From contig OX597836.1 of NCBI GenBank assembly GCA_951406725.2, forward strand, positions 8,990,001 through 9,054,000: a stretch of 64,000 nucleotides of DNA. The letters are read 5' to 3'. This stretch comes from Octopus vulgaris (Eukaryota). Below, piece by piece: positions 23,195-37,448 of the stretch (positions are counted from its first letter, which is position 1; each line of letters begins with the position of its first letter). The notes below the pieces were generated by a model that had not been told where the DNA came from, made no database searches, and saw only the letters and a program-made list of their open reading frames with translations. The translations under genes were made by a program, and so were the position numbers.

Positions 23195-26056
23195 TGAAAC
23201 GTTCGTTTTATAACTACTTTTATTATTTTGCAACATTTATTAAATAATAATGTTGCCTCGGGTTTTTTTATTAATTTAAAAAATATATATATATACCAAA
23301 AAGCAAGCATACCAAATTTAAATAATTTAAAGAAAACAAGGATGTGTGTGAGTGTATGTATATATAAACATTGTATGATTGTGTGACTGGAAATAGATAC
23401 ATATATGTATGTATGTATATGTGACGGAAACGGATTGACAGTTTGTATAGTGACAAGGGGGGGGACAAGGGCGAGAGAAAAGCTTTGAATGTGATGTAAG
23501 TGAAACGGAATTGGGCAGAAGACGGTTTGTCGTTGTACGTCAAGTGTCGTGCCTGGAAACGTTACCTTTGAGTTATTTTTCTTGGCATTGGAAAAACGTG
23601 TGAAGAAGAAAATAGGGGACTTAGAACGCAACACAGCACTCACATATGCGGCGCGCGCTGGCACACATGTATGCGTGTGTGTACGCATGCGTATATGCGT
23701 GTACATATGTGTCTATTTCTGTTTGTTTGCAATTATACTTTTATATTTAAATACATACAGATGCCTACATATGTATGCATGTGTGTACACAAATGTGTTA
23801 ATATATATATGTGTATATATATATATATACGCGCACCGTTAGACTTATAAATATGTGAACTGTAGTGTTTTTTTTTTAATTGTGTATATGTGACCAAGTG
23901 TTTGTACGTATGCATATATATATATATATACGTATGTGAGTGTGTATACAATCTATTTATAATGTATTTATACTTAAATGTAATGACTGAAAATGGTGTA
24001 AAAATAAAAAGCGTGGCTCGAGAAATATTAACGAAACATAACAGCAAAACAACCAGCATGACCAGAAGACAGTAACCAAGGCGATACACTAGAGTGAGAG
24101 CCTCGTAAAATACACCTATATATATTATGTATATGTATGTATATATATATATATTTAGTTGTGGCTATGATAAGCCAGACGACAGCAGTCACAGTGTGTG
24201 TGAACATGACGGCGGTTCGAGATTTAGCTTGTTGATTTCTTAACGCCAAATGTCTCCCAATGAAGACAACAATACCTTTTGACAGACTGTCATGAGCCTT
24301 ACTTTGAAACACAGACATACAGCGCCACAATTATCATGTTATATTTTACCTTATTATAGTAGTTACCGACACACATATGTCTGCATATATATCTAGATAT
24401 ATATATGTATATATATGTATGTATAGAAATACATACATTGACACCTAAGTACAGTTATGTGTTTGTGTGTGAGAGCGAGAGAAAGAATGAGATTCTCTGT
24501 GTGTACGTCTGTATTTATGTATGTATGAATGTATGTATTTATATATATGAATGTTTATATAGGAATATAGGCCGTTGGATGGACTGAAGATAATTAATGG
24601 AGTGTATATAAATATATGTGCCTGGAGTGTATGCGTGTGTGTGTATATATAATATATATATATATGTATGTAGATTTATTGTTTGTCTGCGCATGTAATA
24701 GCATTTCTGTGTACTTACGTATAATCATGTAAACAGATAAGAATGTATGCGTGAAAAGAGGTGGCAGATTGCTAAAATGAAAGGAAACAAATTTAAGACA
24801 TACGTTACCACATAAAAAATGAAATACAAAATATACAATACAAATAAGATGTTTATAACGGAGTTATAGTTGACTCCCTTTTGTGATAAAAAAAATGCCG
24901 TAATTATTAATAATAGCAGACTTCTAGATACATATGTATGTATGTATGTATGTATACGCAATTCTTTTTAAAGAAAAGAAATGAGCAAATATATATTAAA
25001 AAAAAGACGCATACGAATGTCAAAAAAAAAGACGATAATGAACGTATACACACACTATTTGTGGATTAACAAGGCGACCAATGGTTTCATGTGGAAAAAC
25101 GCATCCACAATTGTTCAAGCTCTCGACGTTCGATACCAGCGTGTGTATATATATATATGAGACAAAGAATAAAATATGAAACAACGTATGACTTATTTTG
25201 AGAATTATATATGAAAGAAAATGCGTTCAATATCCTAAAGTGGAACGAACATTTGTGACTCCCTTTGTGAAGGACTATTTTGTGGATCCAATGAGGATCT
25301 GAGAACAATGATAAAAATGTATGTGAGTGAGTATATATATACATATATAATATAATAAAATGCATATACACTCACCACACACATACAAATAAAATTTGTG
25401 AAAAGATAATATGGATGCAAATAACTTTTTTAACGAGTTTCGAAGAAGCTACGAACTAATTAAAATATTTATACGAATACTGAACTTTTTAATTTCACAT
25501 TTAAAAAAAAAAAAAAACGAGGGAAAAAATCAAAATTATCAAAACCCAAATATTTAATCAAATCCTGTTTTGTTATTAGTTATCCACCACCACCGCCACC
25601 CCCTTTTTAATGTTGAATTTATTTATTTTTTTAATTGTTTAGATGAAAAATAAAACACAACCAAAATGGCGTTCGAGAAACACCAGATATAGAGCGACCC
25701 GGAATTGAGTACTTATATGGTACCTAATTTCTGTGACAAAAACCCACTTGAATTATAGCTTAAAACTAAATGTGTGGGGCACCAGCTGGTTCCCCTCTGA
25801 TCCTTCTCTTCTTTTAGTGAGAATCGATTAAAATAAATATCAGTTATGTATTGTAATTTGTGTCATTGGCTATACACTCTCTACTCTTTTTAGATATATT
25901 ATAGTCGTTGAACCTGTGTACGAAACGGCAAAGAAACGAGCGATGGAGACTAGCTGCGACGTTTTAAGGGACACAGACCTAAATGATATTTAGTTTAAAA
26001 AGAAACTGGCTGAATCCCCATCGCTAATCAATAATATACAACCTCGGTTCAACCTC

Positions 26057-26093
<37 letters not shown>

Positions 26094-26810
26094 TTAGTGC
26101 TTTTGCGACGAAACGGAAAAGTTGAATTTTCTTTTTCTTTAAATTTCGTAATTTCTGGGTTTGGAAGTGAAACTACATCCTTTCCGAGTCAACTGTGCAC
26201 TTCTCATCCAATACACATTGGTTAAGGAGAGCATATAAAATTATATATATATATATATGTACACCTGTAATATTGCAAGGGAAGAGGGCGATAGGGGTTC
26301 GATTCAAACGTTGTGTAAACGTATACCCCTTCCGATTCAACGTTTCCGTACAGACAAAAGCAAAAAAAAAAAAAAAGTCAAATTGAAATTACATATATAT
26401 TAAAAAAAAATATACATAAAAAAATTCAGACTTCCTTTCCTCTAAAAAAAAACCACAAAAATAAAAAACGACAATGCCGGCGAAGAAACCTTTAAAGATA
26501 CCCACCTCCCTCTTAACACACAATCACTTCCTTCACAAATGATAAAAAAAAAAACAATAATAATAATAATAATAATAATAAGCTGCAGTCTCCTTCCTAT
26601 CCCAGCAAACACTTGACGAAGATATATCTTACTAGTTATTTCTTATGTTACGTTTTGTTTTTAACGTTCTGCGTTGCATCTTTGTCTGTGTAAAGTTGGT
26701 TTTTCGAAATATATATATATATATATACACACACAGATATATATGTATATATAGAGTAGAGATCCAATGATCGGAATTACACAATAAACTCATACATACA
26801 ATAATTATTT
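23195..26810 (+). other. Probable long 3' UTR of the trunk-like gene
   Basis: About 3.6 kb without recognisable SINEs directly after the stop. Several AATAAA hexamers; the last (26783-26788) is followed by a T/GT-rich tract (26820-26880), after which SINEs resume. Confidence 0.45.
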
Positions 26811-26962
26811 TCGTTGGCTTCTAGTTTTTTCTACACTTGTTTTTGTTTTTTTTGTTTGTTTTTTGTTCTTGTCTTTTCCTTCATTCAAAATTTTCTACAG
26901 AAGTGACTTCACGCAAGTAATATATTCGCAAATTCATGTGTGTGTGTATGTATAAAGTGTGA

Positions 26963-27008
<46 letters not shown>

Positions 27009-27010
<2 letters not shown>

Positions 27011-27398
27011 TCTACTGTTTTACTTGTTTCAGTCATTAGACTGTGGCCATGCTGGAGCACCGCCTTTAGTCGAGCAAATCGAACCCAGGACTTATTCTTT
27101 GTAAGCCTAGTACTTATTCTATCTGTCTCTTTTGCCAAACCGCTAAGTTACGGGGACGCAAATACACTAGCATCAGTTGTCAAGCGATGTTGGGGGGAAC
27201 AAACACACAAATACATATATATACATACATATATACGACGGGCTTCTTTCAGTTTCCGTCTACCAAATCCACTCACAAGGCTTTGGTCAGCCCAAGGCTA
27301 TAGTAGAAGACACTTGCCCAAAGTGCTACGCAGTGGGAATGAACCCGGAACCATATGGTTGGTAAGCAAGCTACTTACCATACAGCCACCCCTGCGCG
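27009..27398 (-). mobile_element. SINE family A, full-length
   Basis: Homology to 41703-42083. Confidence 0.9.
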
Positions 27399-27544
27399 CG
27401 CATATATATATATATATTGGTAAAAACGGTAAGATAACAAAAGAAAGAAAGAGACCTCAATATTATGTAAATAGAAGAAATTTATCTGTAAAATAATATG
27501 TGACAATTATTCAATAGCCAAGATAAAACTCTGAGTTTCGGATG

Positions 27545-27823
27545 CCGAGGTGGAATTTGAACTCAGAACGTAGCGGCAGTCGAAATGCCTACTTCTTTAT
27601 TACCTACAAGGGGTTGAACACAGAGAGGACAAACAAGGACAGACAAACGGATTAAGTCGATTATATCGACCCCGGTGCGTAACTGGTACTTATTTAATCG
27701 ACCCCGAAAGGATGAAAGGCAAAGTCGACCTCGGCGGAATTTGAACTCAGAACGTAGCGGCAGACGAAATACCGCTAAGCATTCTGCCCGGTGTACTAAC
27801 GACTGTGCCAGCTTGTTGCCTTA
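27545..27823 (-). mobile_element. SINE family B plus partial second unit
   Basis: Homology to 39271-39506. Confidence 0.9.
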
Positions 27824-28196
27824 AAACAAATCGATATTAAATTTATTTAAACAATTAAATGAAATACCCGTCCTTGAGAGGGGTCACGGGACCTAGTGGT
27901 TGATGGCATTGGTCTCGCTATCGTGAGATCATGGTTTCAATTCCTGAACCGAGCGATGAGCTGTGTTCATGAGCAAAACGTTGCTCTCTCAACTCCCCTC
28001 GGGTAGTAGAGTAATATAAGTAATAAGAGAAAGCAGCGACAGGTGTCGGCAATCCAGCAATGGTTGGTGGACCTGCCTAAATAAACAAACAAAAGGGAAC
28101 TTCTGGGATAACGAGTGGCCGTAGGCTTACCCTGACGTTCGGTGTTACTTATTGTGAGTATAAATGACACAAGTTTATTCAATATACTCATGTCCA

Positions 28197-28374
28197 CACG
28201 TGGCCGTGGTAAGAAGCTTGCTTCCCGACCAATTGGTTCCGGATCCAGTCCCACTCCATGGCACCTTGGGCAAGTGTCTTCTACTATAGCCTTGGGTCAA
28301 CCAAAGCCTTCTGAGTGGATTCGTAGATAGAAGCTGAAAGAAGCCCGTCTTGTGTATATATATATATGTGTGTG

Positions 28375-28411
<37 letters not shown>

Positions 28412-28668
28412 ACATTTATGTGTATGTGTGAGTATGTATGTGTGTGTCTTTGTGTTTCTGTTTGTTCCCCCCATCACCGCTTGACAACCGGTGATGGTGT
28501 GTTTATGACCCCGTAACTTAGCGGTTTTGCAAAAAAAAAATCCTATAGAATTAAGCACTAGGCTTTAAAAAATAAGTCCCGAGGTCGATTTGTTCGACTA
28601 AAAACCTTCAAGGTGTTGCTCCAGCATGGCCGCAGTCAAATGACTGAATCGAGTAAGAGAATAAAAGA
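28197..28668 (+). mobile_element. SINE family A, full-length
   Basis: Homology to 41703-42083. Confidence 0.9.
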
Positions 28669-29092
28669 CAAAACTTGCAAGATACTAGTCTGCGCAAAGT
28701 ACTTGTGGACTAGTCTGGTAACCAAGGGAATTTGCAGTCCCTGCTCGCAAATTAGTGCGGCTAAGAAGGTTTTGACCATCAGTATACGGGATACATCTTT
28801 CGAATGTTTACTTTTATACATGGAGTTCAAGCTTATCGTATTAGGGTCAATTCTGCGCCCCACTTCAATCGGCGCCTGGGGCACGTGCCCCCTTGCCCTC
28901 CGCCGTAGCTACCTCTATACCTACAAATCAAAATATACCGTTATGGATCACGAAGAAATACTTGTTAAAGTCATCTCTACGGATTTCTATAGAAGTTGTA
29001 ACCAGCTCTGATTTTGTTACGACGTTTCGTATCCGAGACGTTTGTTGTAAGCAACAATGAGATCAAAGATGAAAAATGGTTAATGGACGTAT

Positions 29093-29130
29093 ATGCCATG
29101 TTTCAGGAGTTTTTACTCCTTCATCAGCAC
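29093..29130 (-). ncRNA. Hammerhead-like motif, degenerate at the cleavage site
   Basis: Minus strand GUG-CUGAUGA-AGGAGU-AAAA-ACUCCU-GAAAC-AUGG-CAU. Perfect 6-bp stem II between canonical boxes; the NUH triplet is lost. Confidence 0.55.
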
Positions 29131-29415
29131 TCATCAGCTACGAACGAGAAAGAAAATAGTTCCCTGCCTTAATCATGCACGAAAGAATAGTTCTCTACCT
29201 TGCAGAATTGATTGGAACCATCATGTCTACAGTTGCACAGACATCTGCTAAAACATACTCAAAGGATAATGCTTCGTCGCTTATATATATATATATATAT
29301 GTGTGTGTGTATGTATGTATGTATGTATGTATTAAAATGCACGTGAGAGAGAGAGAGAGAGAGAGACAGAGAAACGAATAGTAGTTGTGTAATCATATAT
29401 ATATATATATATATA

Positions 29416-30709
29416 TACGAGGGGCGTTCAATAAGTAATGCCCCTGACCCACTTCCCATAGCAGTAGAGCAACGAAACTTGGCACAGTTATTAGTCTTTT
29501 TCTACATAGAAAACAGCCAGAGTTACGCATTTCTCCCATCGTTTGATGCAGCTCTGGAGACCGTTTTTGTAGAAGACCCCAGCTTGGTCCTCCAACCACG
29601 ACGGGACTTCAGAAATCAAGGCTGCATCATCTGGGAAACGCTTTCCTTTCAAAAACAACTTCATGGCTGGGAAGAGGTGAAAATCCGAGGGTGCAAGGTC
29701 AAGAAAGTAGGGGCATGGGAGAGGAGTTCATAGCCGCACGCCTGTGCTTCTGATCTGGCGACACGCGAGTTGTGGACCGGAGCGCTGTCCTGCAGGAGGA
29801 GGATGCCTTTGCTGATCTTGTTCCGCTTCTTGATTTTCATAGCTTCTCTTAATTTCCTCAAAAGTGAAGCATAATATGCTCCTGTAATTGTGGTACCCTT
29901 TGCCATGAAATCTGTCATCACTACTCCGTCCTGGTCCTAGAAGACTATGAGCATGACCTTTGCTAGTGGAGGGCTGCGCTCTTGCCTTCTTTGGAGGAGG
30001 TGAGTCACGGTGCTTCCACTGCATTGACTGGGCTTTTGTCTCTGGATCATAGTGATGGACCCAGGTTTCATCCTGTGTAATCAGTCTTTTGAAAAATGTT
30101 GACTCATCTTCTTGGCACATCTCCAAATTCATCCTCGCGCAATCGATGCGTTCTTGCTTCTGGAAAGGTGTGAGCAACCTGGGAATCCATCTGGCAGACA
30201 CCTTTTGCATATGCAAATGGTCATGAATGATTGGTTTCCACAGACCCGGTACTAATCTTGACCTCATGGGCTATTTGGCGAATAGTTATGCGTCGATCTT
30301 CCAAAATGGCAGCCTCAACTTGATGGACAGATGCCTCATCAATAGGGGGGGGCGACCAGATCTGGGAGCTGTTTCCACAGAGTTCCGACCATGTTTGAAT
30401 TCACAATGCCAGCGTTTTACAAGGTCATATGATGGGGCATCATCACCATAAGTTACTTTCATTTCATCAAAAGTCTCCCGTGGTGTGCGTCCTTTCAAAT
30501 ATAAAAAGCGGATCACTGCCCGACACTCAACATGCTCCATTTCACACTTGACTCAGTTCAAACACCTGTAAATCAGAAACCACAATTAGTTTAGAGCTGT
30601 AATTTACCACTTAATCTATAGAGATATAGATAATTACACATGCAAAATTTCAGCTAGATCAAACAACTGCAAGTGGGTCAGAGGCATTACTTATTGAACG
30701 CCCCTCGTA
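29416..30709 (-). mobile_element. Full-length mariner (Tc1/mariner) DNA transposon with frameshifted transposase
   Basis: 39-bp TIRs tacgaggggcgttcaataagtaatgcc(c/t)ctgacccactt (1 mismatch), inserted in (TA)n. Transposase pieces from ATG 30540: HTH (RAVIRFLYLKG...PRSGRP), KVSARWIPRLLT, LITQDETWVHHYDPE and LLLQDSAPVH, split by frameshifts. Confidence 0.95.
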
Positions 30710-31259
30710 TATATATATTATTATTATTATTATTAAAATTAATAATACGAAAATTTATGTCAAGACAACATTATCAAGGCAATCCAAATTGGTGAAATTC
30801 TAACTGAACACCTGAAAAAAATTTTAGGTGTTAAAAAAACGCTAACAAGAAACTCCAGACGAATTTTAACTTTAGACATTCATTCATTCAACCAAGAGTG
30901 ACGTCATTGAATAACTAATTTAGTTTATAAAAATAAAATATAAAATACCATAGCAATTCCATATTGTTTGACAATTTGAAATCTATATAAAAAATATTTT
31001 AGATATTAAATTAAAAGGAAATTAAAAAATAAAAGACCTAACGTAGAAAACGAGTAAATTTATCTACCAAAATTGATGACGTCACTGGATATTTAAAGAA
31101 CAAAGACTGCAGGCAAGAATTCTATGTTATGCTTCATAGATAACTAAAGAATAAAAACTAGAGATAATAATTCTACAAAATGCTTAATAGAAAGTTAATT
31201 TAATTACCTATTTAGTTATTTATATAATAAACTTTTCTATAGGAATTAACTGTTTGAAG

Positions 31260-32700
31260 AAAATTGCTGAATACAGGCCCGAAAATGGTAAGTGAAATAT
31301 TAAGGAATTCCAGTGTTTTCACTTCCCCGCTGGGATATGTGCAAATAAATAGGCTTGATAAAGTCTCCAACACCTCAGCTCAACACAGGGAAGAGGCAAC
31401 CATCGACTACACCGACATAAAATTGAAGGATCTAATATTGGCTTCACGTGGCAGTAATTTCAAGGAAGGGAGTAAGTCGAGTACATCGACCCCGAAAGAA
31501 TAAAAAGCAAAGTCAACCTCATCTGAATCGTTCTCCTGAACTTCATATGCGTTCTTTCAGATTTTCTGTAGCCTTTAGAATGCCTATCAAACCGTTTCCT
31601 GTGGGCAAGCGAAGGATTTCTCTTCACCTAAGATGGTCTCACTTCCATGAGAAACATACTGCTCCGAACCAGATAGGAGCCTGTTTCTCCAAGACGGAAA
31701 CAAGAGAAGGGTTCCTATTCACGTGAAATGAGTTCTTCCTCATACGAAATCATCTCCTTGCTGGAGAAGGTATCCTTTTCTCGATAGATGTAACCCTCTT
31801 CGCATTTTTTATTGCGTTTTTCGATTGCTTTATTTGGGGCCTTTTTTGTTGATTTTCTTTTTAACACGTGTATCATCTCCAGCGTCCTCCGTTTGTTCTC
31901 CATCCTCATTAGTAAATGTGATTTATGCTGCTGGAAGAAGAATCTTCCTGGGGATTTAGTTCTCGCTGTTGTTACTGTTATAGTGGATGATTTTAGTTGC
32001 TTCCATAGATTGAGGCTGAGCTGAGAGACGGAATTCTCCAATCTCAGCTCCTCCTTGCAGTGAGGACGGGGCGATATTTTTGATGGCTCCAAAGTTGTAC
32101 TCGATGCTACCTTAAAATCAACAACTTCCAGAATCTGTTTTTGCGGTCGTATTTGTCCTTTTGGTCAGAAAGCTCTTAAACGAGGTTTTACTGCCACAAA
32201 TGTAGCAATAGGTCCTTTTTTCATAACTGAGTTTTAAAGCCTTCCTCTCATACCCTCTACAACCTTGGTATTTGGGAAGATTTGGCGAGATTATGAGGAC
32301 TTTTATGTCAAAGGTGACCCCCGCCCTACGCATGACGCCGAAAATTACGTCCGTGCTGACCACTAAGGCATATTATTTAATGAGACTGACTACTAGCTAG
32401 GGATTGACGTCACCAACAATGTCCATGAGAGAGTAATTCTTGTGTTCCTTCTTCCTATACAATGTAAGACCAGATTATGAGCAGTTGTGTCATGGAAATT
32501 TGGACTTCGCTTTAGCATCCATTTTGAAATAAAAGAGATTTCGCCCAAAGTATCTTCCACAACAGTCTCCAATTCTTACTTAATTAGATCAAGGAAATCC
32601 CCCGTGGCCTGACTAAGGCACATGGCAAGAAGACAGTCGATCCCTTTCCTCCTCACGTGAGCCTCTGTGATGGAGCGTCTCGGACTGGCGTCTGTCTTGG
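31260..32700 (-). mobile_element. Possible decayed non-LTR retroelement ORF1/gag-like region
   Basis: Microsatellite-free, higher-GC block with fragmentary ORFs, including a degenerate knuckle-like CYICGSKT followed by a Lys/Glu-rich region. Confidence 0.35.
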
Positions 32701-32727
32701 ATATGAAATGCTTTCAAACTTTAGTTC

Positions 32728-32870
32728 TTATTTCTTTATTGCCCACAAGGGGCTAAACATAGAGGGGACAAACAAGGACAGACAAAGGTATTAAGTCGAT
32801 TACATCGACCCCAGTGCGTAACTGCTACTTTATTTATCGACCCTGAAAGGATGAAAGGCAAAGTCGACCT
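32728..32870 (-). mobile_element. 5'-truncated SINE family B with ~15-bp TSD
   Basis: Flanked by tcaaactttagttct / tcaaacttttgttct. Confidence 0.85.
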
Positions 32871-33331
32871 CAAACTTTTGTTCTGCCAACAAAATATTTC
32901 ATACGTTCGAAAGAAAGTTATGAATGCGTGTCGCTTAGTAATTAGGATTTTGCACTCAATGATCGTAAGAACGTGGTTTTAATTTCTGCACTGGATAGTG
33001 CAGTGTGGCCTTGAACAAAGCAATTCATTTCACGTCGCTCCAGTCCACTCGTCTGTAAAATGAGTGCCAACAATAACTGGGAATTAATCCTACGATGGAC
33101 CAGCGTCCTGTTCAGGAGATAGTTTTGTAACTTCAGTCACTTTACATGCCACGGAAACCGGGTTCAGGTCAGACATTTGAAAGCCCTAGGGCTCGTAACA
33201 GGCATTTGTCTAAGTCCATGTTGGATATCAGACTTCGTCAAACACCTGAATGAATCGTTGCGATGAAAGAATGAAGATATCCATACTTTCTCTTAAATAA
33301 AAAAAAAGAAAGAAAGAAAGAATGAAAAGGC

Positions 33332-33460
33332 TTGGTTCCAGGTTCAGTCCCACTGCGTGGCACCTTGGGCAAGTGTCTTCTACTATAGCCTCGGGCCGAC
33401 CAAAGCCTTGTGAGTGGATTTGGTAGACGGAAACTGAAAGAAGCCTGTCGTATATATGTA

Positions 33461-33519
<59 letters not shown>

Positions 33520-33728
33520 TTGTGTGTCTGTGTTTGTCCCCCTAGCATTGCTTGACAACCGATGCTGGTGTGTTTACGTCCCCGTCACTTAGCGGTTCGG
33601 CAAAAGAGACCGATAGAATAAGTACTGGGCTTACAAAAGAATAAGTCCCGGGGTCGAGTTGCTCGATTAAAGGCGGTGCTCCAGCATGGCCGCAGTCAAA
33701 GGACTGAAACAAGTAAAAGAGTAAAAGA
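33332..33728 (+). mobile_element. SINE family A (5' slightly truncated)
   Basis: Homology to 41703-42083. Confidence 0.9.
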
Positions 33729-34249
33729 AAGAGAGGCTACAGAAGGTAAAAAATCCAATATGGCGTCGAGGAGCAAATTTATCAAAATTTGACACGCAAA
33801 TTTTGCAAACCTGTAGCTATTAAAGCTTGTATTGATAAGACGAATTACGAAATTTCTGCTCGTTCCGTGACTGCTGCTCAGATCCGGTATAACAGATATC
33901 GGTTTCATTTGCAAATATCGAGGCCAATTCAATGGTGTCGAATGTCAATCTCGTTTCCGCAAATAGTGCAGATTTTGTTGTTGTTGTTTGTTCTTGGTTT
34001 GACTGTTGTTGTTGTTGTCGGTGGTGCTGCTGCTGTTCTTGTTGTTGTTGTTGTTGTTAATATTGCTTTGTTTTTTTCTTTTGATTGTATATTTGTTGTT
34101 TTGTTTTGTTTTGCGTTTGTTTTGTTTCGGGTTTTCTATTTTTTTGTTTTCGGTTTTTTGTCTTGTATCAAAACGAGTGAACTCAAAGCATTTCATATCA
34201 AATATCTGTTGTTTTTTGTTTTTTTTTCAAAACTGGATAATTACGCCCC

Positions 34250-34385
34250 AGCTATATACATACACACATACATACGTGAATACAAATGTACATATATATG
34301 TACACATGTGCGAGTATTTGTATATATACATGCATATATATATATATATATATATACATACATATATACACATATATATATACAC

Positions 34386-34420
<35 letters not shown>

Positions 34421-34840
34421 CATACATATATACACATATATATATATACACATATATATATATACATATATATATACATATATATATACACATATATATA
34501 CATATATATACACACATATATATACATATATATACACACATATATATACATATATATACACACATATGTATATATATGTGTATATATATATATATATCTA
34601 TATATACATATATGCATTTTGTATACATGCATATATATCATCGTACACACACATGTGTGGGGTGTATCCTTGTATACATATATATGTATATACAGGTATA
34701 TATATGTATCTTTATATATATATACTTGCATGTATAGGTGTATATGCATATATGCATATATGTAAATATATATGCATCTTTATAGATGTGTATGTATGCA
34801 TGTATATATATACGCATATATGTGTATGCATCTGTATGTG

Positions 34841-34899
<59 letters not shown>

Positions 34900-34968
34900 A
34901 GGATATGTGTGTGCATGGATGGATGCATATTCATGTATGCGTGTATGCATTAGTATATCGTAATGCCT

Positions 34969-35009
<41 letters not shown>

Positions 35010-35010
35010 T
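34250..35010. repeat. Compound (TA)/(CA) microsatellite
   Basis: Direct inspection. Confidence 0.95.
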
Positions 35011-35289
35011 TATATGCATCATTTTTTACACACAACAATCATTTCGCCACGAGAGAGAATCAAATAACAAGAAAATAACCAAAATATAGCGATTTTTGTA
35101 AATCTGCATGTACTTAAACTCGGTTTTTATTAGTAAATATTGAAACAAATATTTCAAGAAAACTGCTGAAAGCATTACTGGCTCGTATCACTAGTCCGTA
35201 CCTAAGCAAAAATATGAGAAACACAGAGACCGCAAGAGGTATTTGAGGACACTTAATTATCAGTACCCAACTCTCTGCTCATCAATTAA

Positions 35290-35985
35290 AAGGTTTTTCT
35301 TTCTGTCAGATCACACATGGCAGATAAAATGCTAATAGAAGAAAGTAAAAGATACAATGTCCTTATTGCCACGTGAGTGGAACACGGCGATTTAGAAATT
35401 GCCAACTTGTTAGATTTTTGCAAGATTTTTAGTACATAAAGTTGGGATGAAATTACAAGCGTCTGATGGACTCTTAACTGTATCAAATAGAAAAAAAGCC
35501 GTTCTATATGTTCGGACATTATAAGGACAGCGCATTTAATCCAACGGCTTCAAAACATCGATGATTGCTCCCGGAAAATTAATGAGGGCTATCGCCAAAG
35601 GTCTTCGGGTGCCAAGGATGACTATCAAAACTGTAGCGCACGAGGATGTAATCGTATTTATTAAGGAGCGACCAATTCATGTCTGCAAAAACACAGGGAA
35701 ACCGTTTGATCCGCACCAAGCTGTTACTTAACAATGTGGAAAAAAACCCTCACAAATATAGCATACTTTGGTTCTTCCCTAATAAGGAAAACTTCGACCA
35801 AGTCCAAAAGTACAACAGGAGAAATGACAGATGGTTTCATGCAGATCCTTCAGGTGTCCCCTGAATGATTCACACTGAGTTTTCAGCAGTTGTGATGGTC
35901 GTAGGATTGTTGAGTCATGTCAAACCAATTCCACAATGTCTTAGAATTAATGCTGCTGGATATGTTGCAGAGCTGGAGACTTACA
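35290..35985 (+). mobile_element. Decayed Tc1/mariner-superfamily (maT/DD37D-like) transposase remnant
   Basis: WFFPNKENFDQVQKYNRRNDRWFHADPSGVP*MIHTEFSAVVMVVG...LRINAAGY resembles the maT FSDEK.F...N..NDR...TK.P..VMV.G...NA..Y blocks. Confidence 0.7.
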
Positions 35986-37217
35986 ATCATGAGTCCAACA
36001 CCTTAACCACTGAACCACGCTCTTCTACAATGATGACATCACATACAACCCCCAAAATAGCTGGACTAACATAATTCAAAGAAGACCGGAAAGGGAAACG
36101 CTCAGCATAGCAAAAAAGAAAGAAAAATACAAAAAAATGACACCAATATTGGTTTTACATTTTGGTGCAAGGCCAACAGTTTCAGGCAAAACTGAGTAAT
36201 CCTGCGACGGATCGGCGTCCCATCAAGGTGTGGAATTTCTACGCCATCGAAACCGGGAAACCGGGCCTTATGAGCCTGGCATGGCTCGAGAAGGAAACAT
36301 TTATGTGATGTCATCAGGAAGAGAGTACTTCCTAAGGAGCTGACTCCTACAACTCGGAACGATATTGTTCTCTTCGCTTTTCATCTCTAAGTTTATGCAC
36401 GCATTTTTGCTATTCTTGTTTAACAAATGCTATCCGAGTAATACAATACATCTGCCTGCGTTGATCGCAAGCTCCTATCTCCTCCATCTCTTAAGTAAAG
36501 CTTGGCCAATATTTCTGTAGAAGTTTCCAGTCGATGTCAGGTTCTTACAGGTTTTAAAGACTATGGAAAGAATTACCTCTACAGAGAAGCCAAGCACTGG
36601 TACTGCACTGGTACTGCAAACGCATTGAGGAATGTTGTCTTGTCATAAAACGAGAGCGCATATTTGTCTAATCCTGATGTAATATTTTTGGGTTATTTTA
36701 TCTTTGCCAGACTATTTGTGTGGAAAAGGAAAGACAGAGATACCAGTGATACACAGGTTTTGGGTTGGTAGGGCTGATGTTTATACGCACATGCGTACAT
36801 ATGTATAGAAGTATGTACATACTAAAACCGGATCCCTCTAAACGCGCATTTTTTGTTTTTTAATTCATTGCTTTAAAAAGGCAAAATGAAAACAACAAAA
36901 CCTGCAAAAAGACTCCATTATGTATGATTTATTGTTCTCGACTATTCTATAGAGAAAATTCCATAGAATTATTTGGCTGGGTAATTATGAAGAAAACTGA
37001 CAAAAGAGAAGAGTGAGAGAGGGAGTGAAAGAGAGAGAGAGAGATAGAGAGAGGAAACTGTCTGAGTAAGATTGAGAGTGAATGTGAGAGAAATAGTGAG
37101 AGAGAGAGAGAGAGGGAGAGAGAGAGAGAGAGAGAGAGAAAATAATTTTTGTATAGACTAAAATGTAAATATATTAATATGTCCGATTACATTATATATA
37201 TATATATATTATATGAA

Positions 37218-37254
<37 letters not shown>

Positions 37255-37417
37255 GTAAGTTTAACATTAAAACGCATAAATGTAATTGTCTTTGAAAACA
37301 TGTCGTTCACTATATCCAACGCTACCATAAATGTTTGCATGTATGAATATATGTATGTCGATATACGCCTGTGTATGTGGGTAAGGACGTATCTATGCAA
37401 GCTTATGTATGTATGTA

Positions 37418-37448
<31 letters not shown>

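Noticed and set aside
28990-29040. Minus-strand GAAACGUC-GUAAC...GUUAC half-hammerhead
   Set aside because: No CUGANGA box in a compatible position.
36305-36386. Minus-strand CUGAUGA preceded by a GAAG/CUUC hairpin
   Set aside because: Needs register shifts and a long speculative stem III; could arise by chance.
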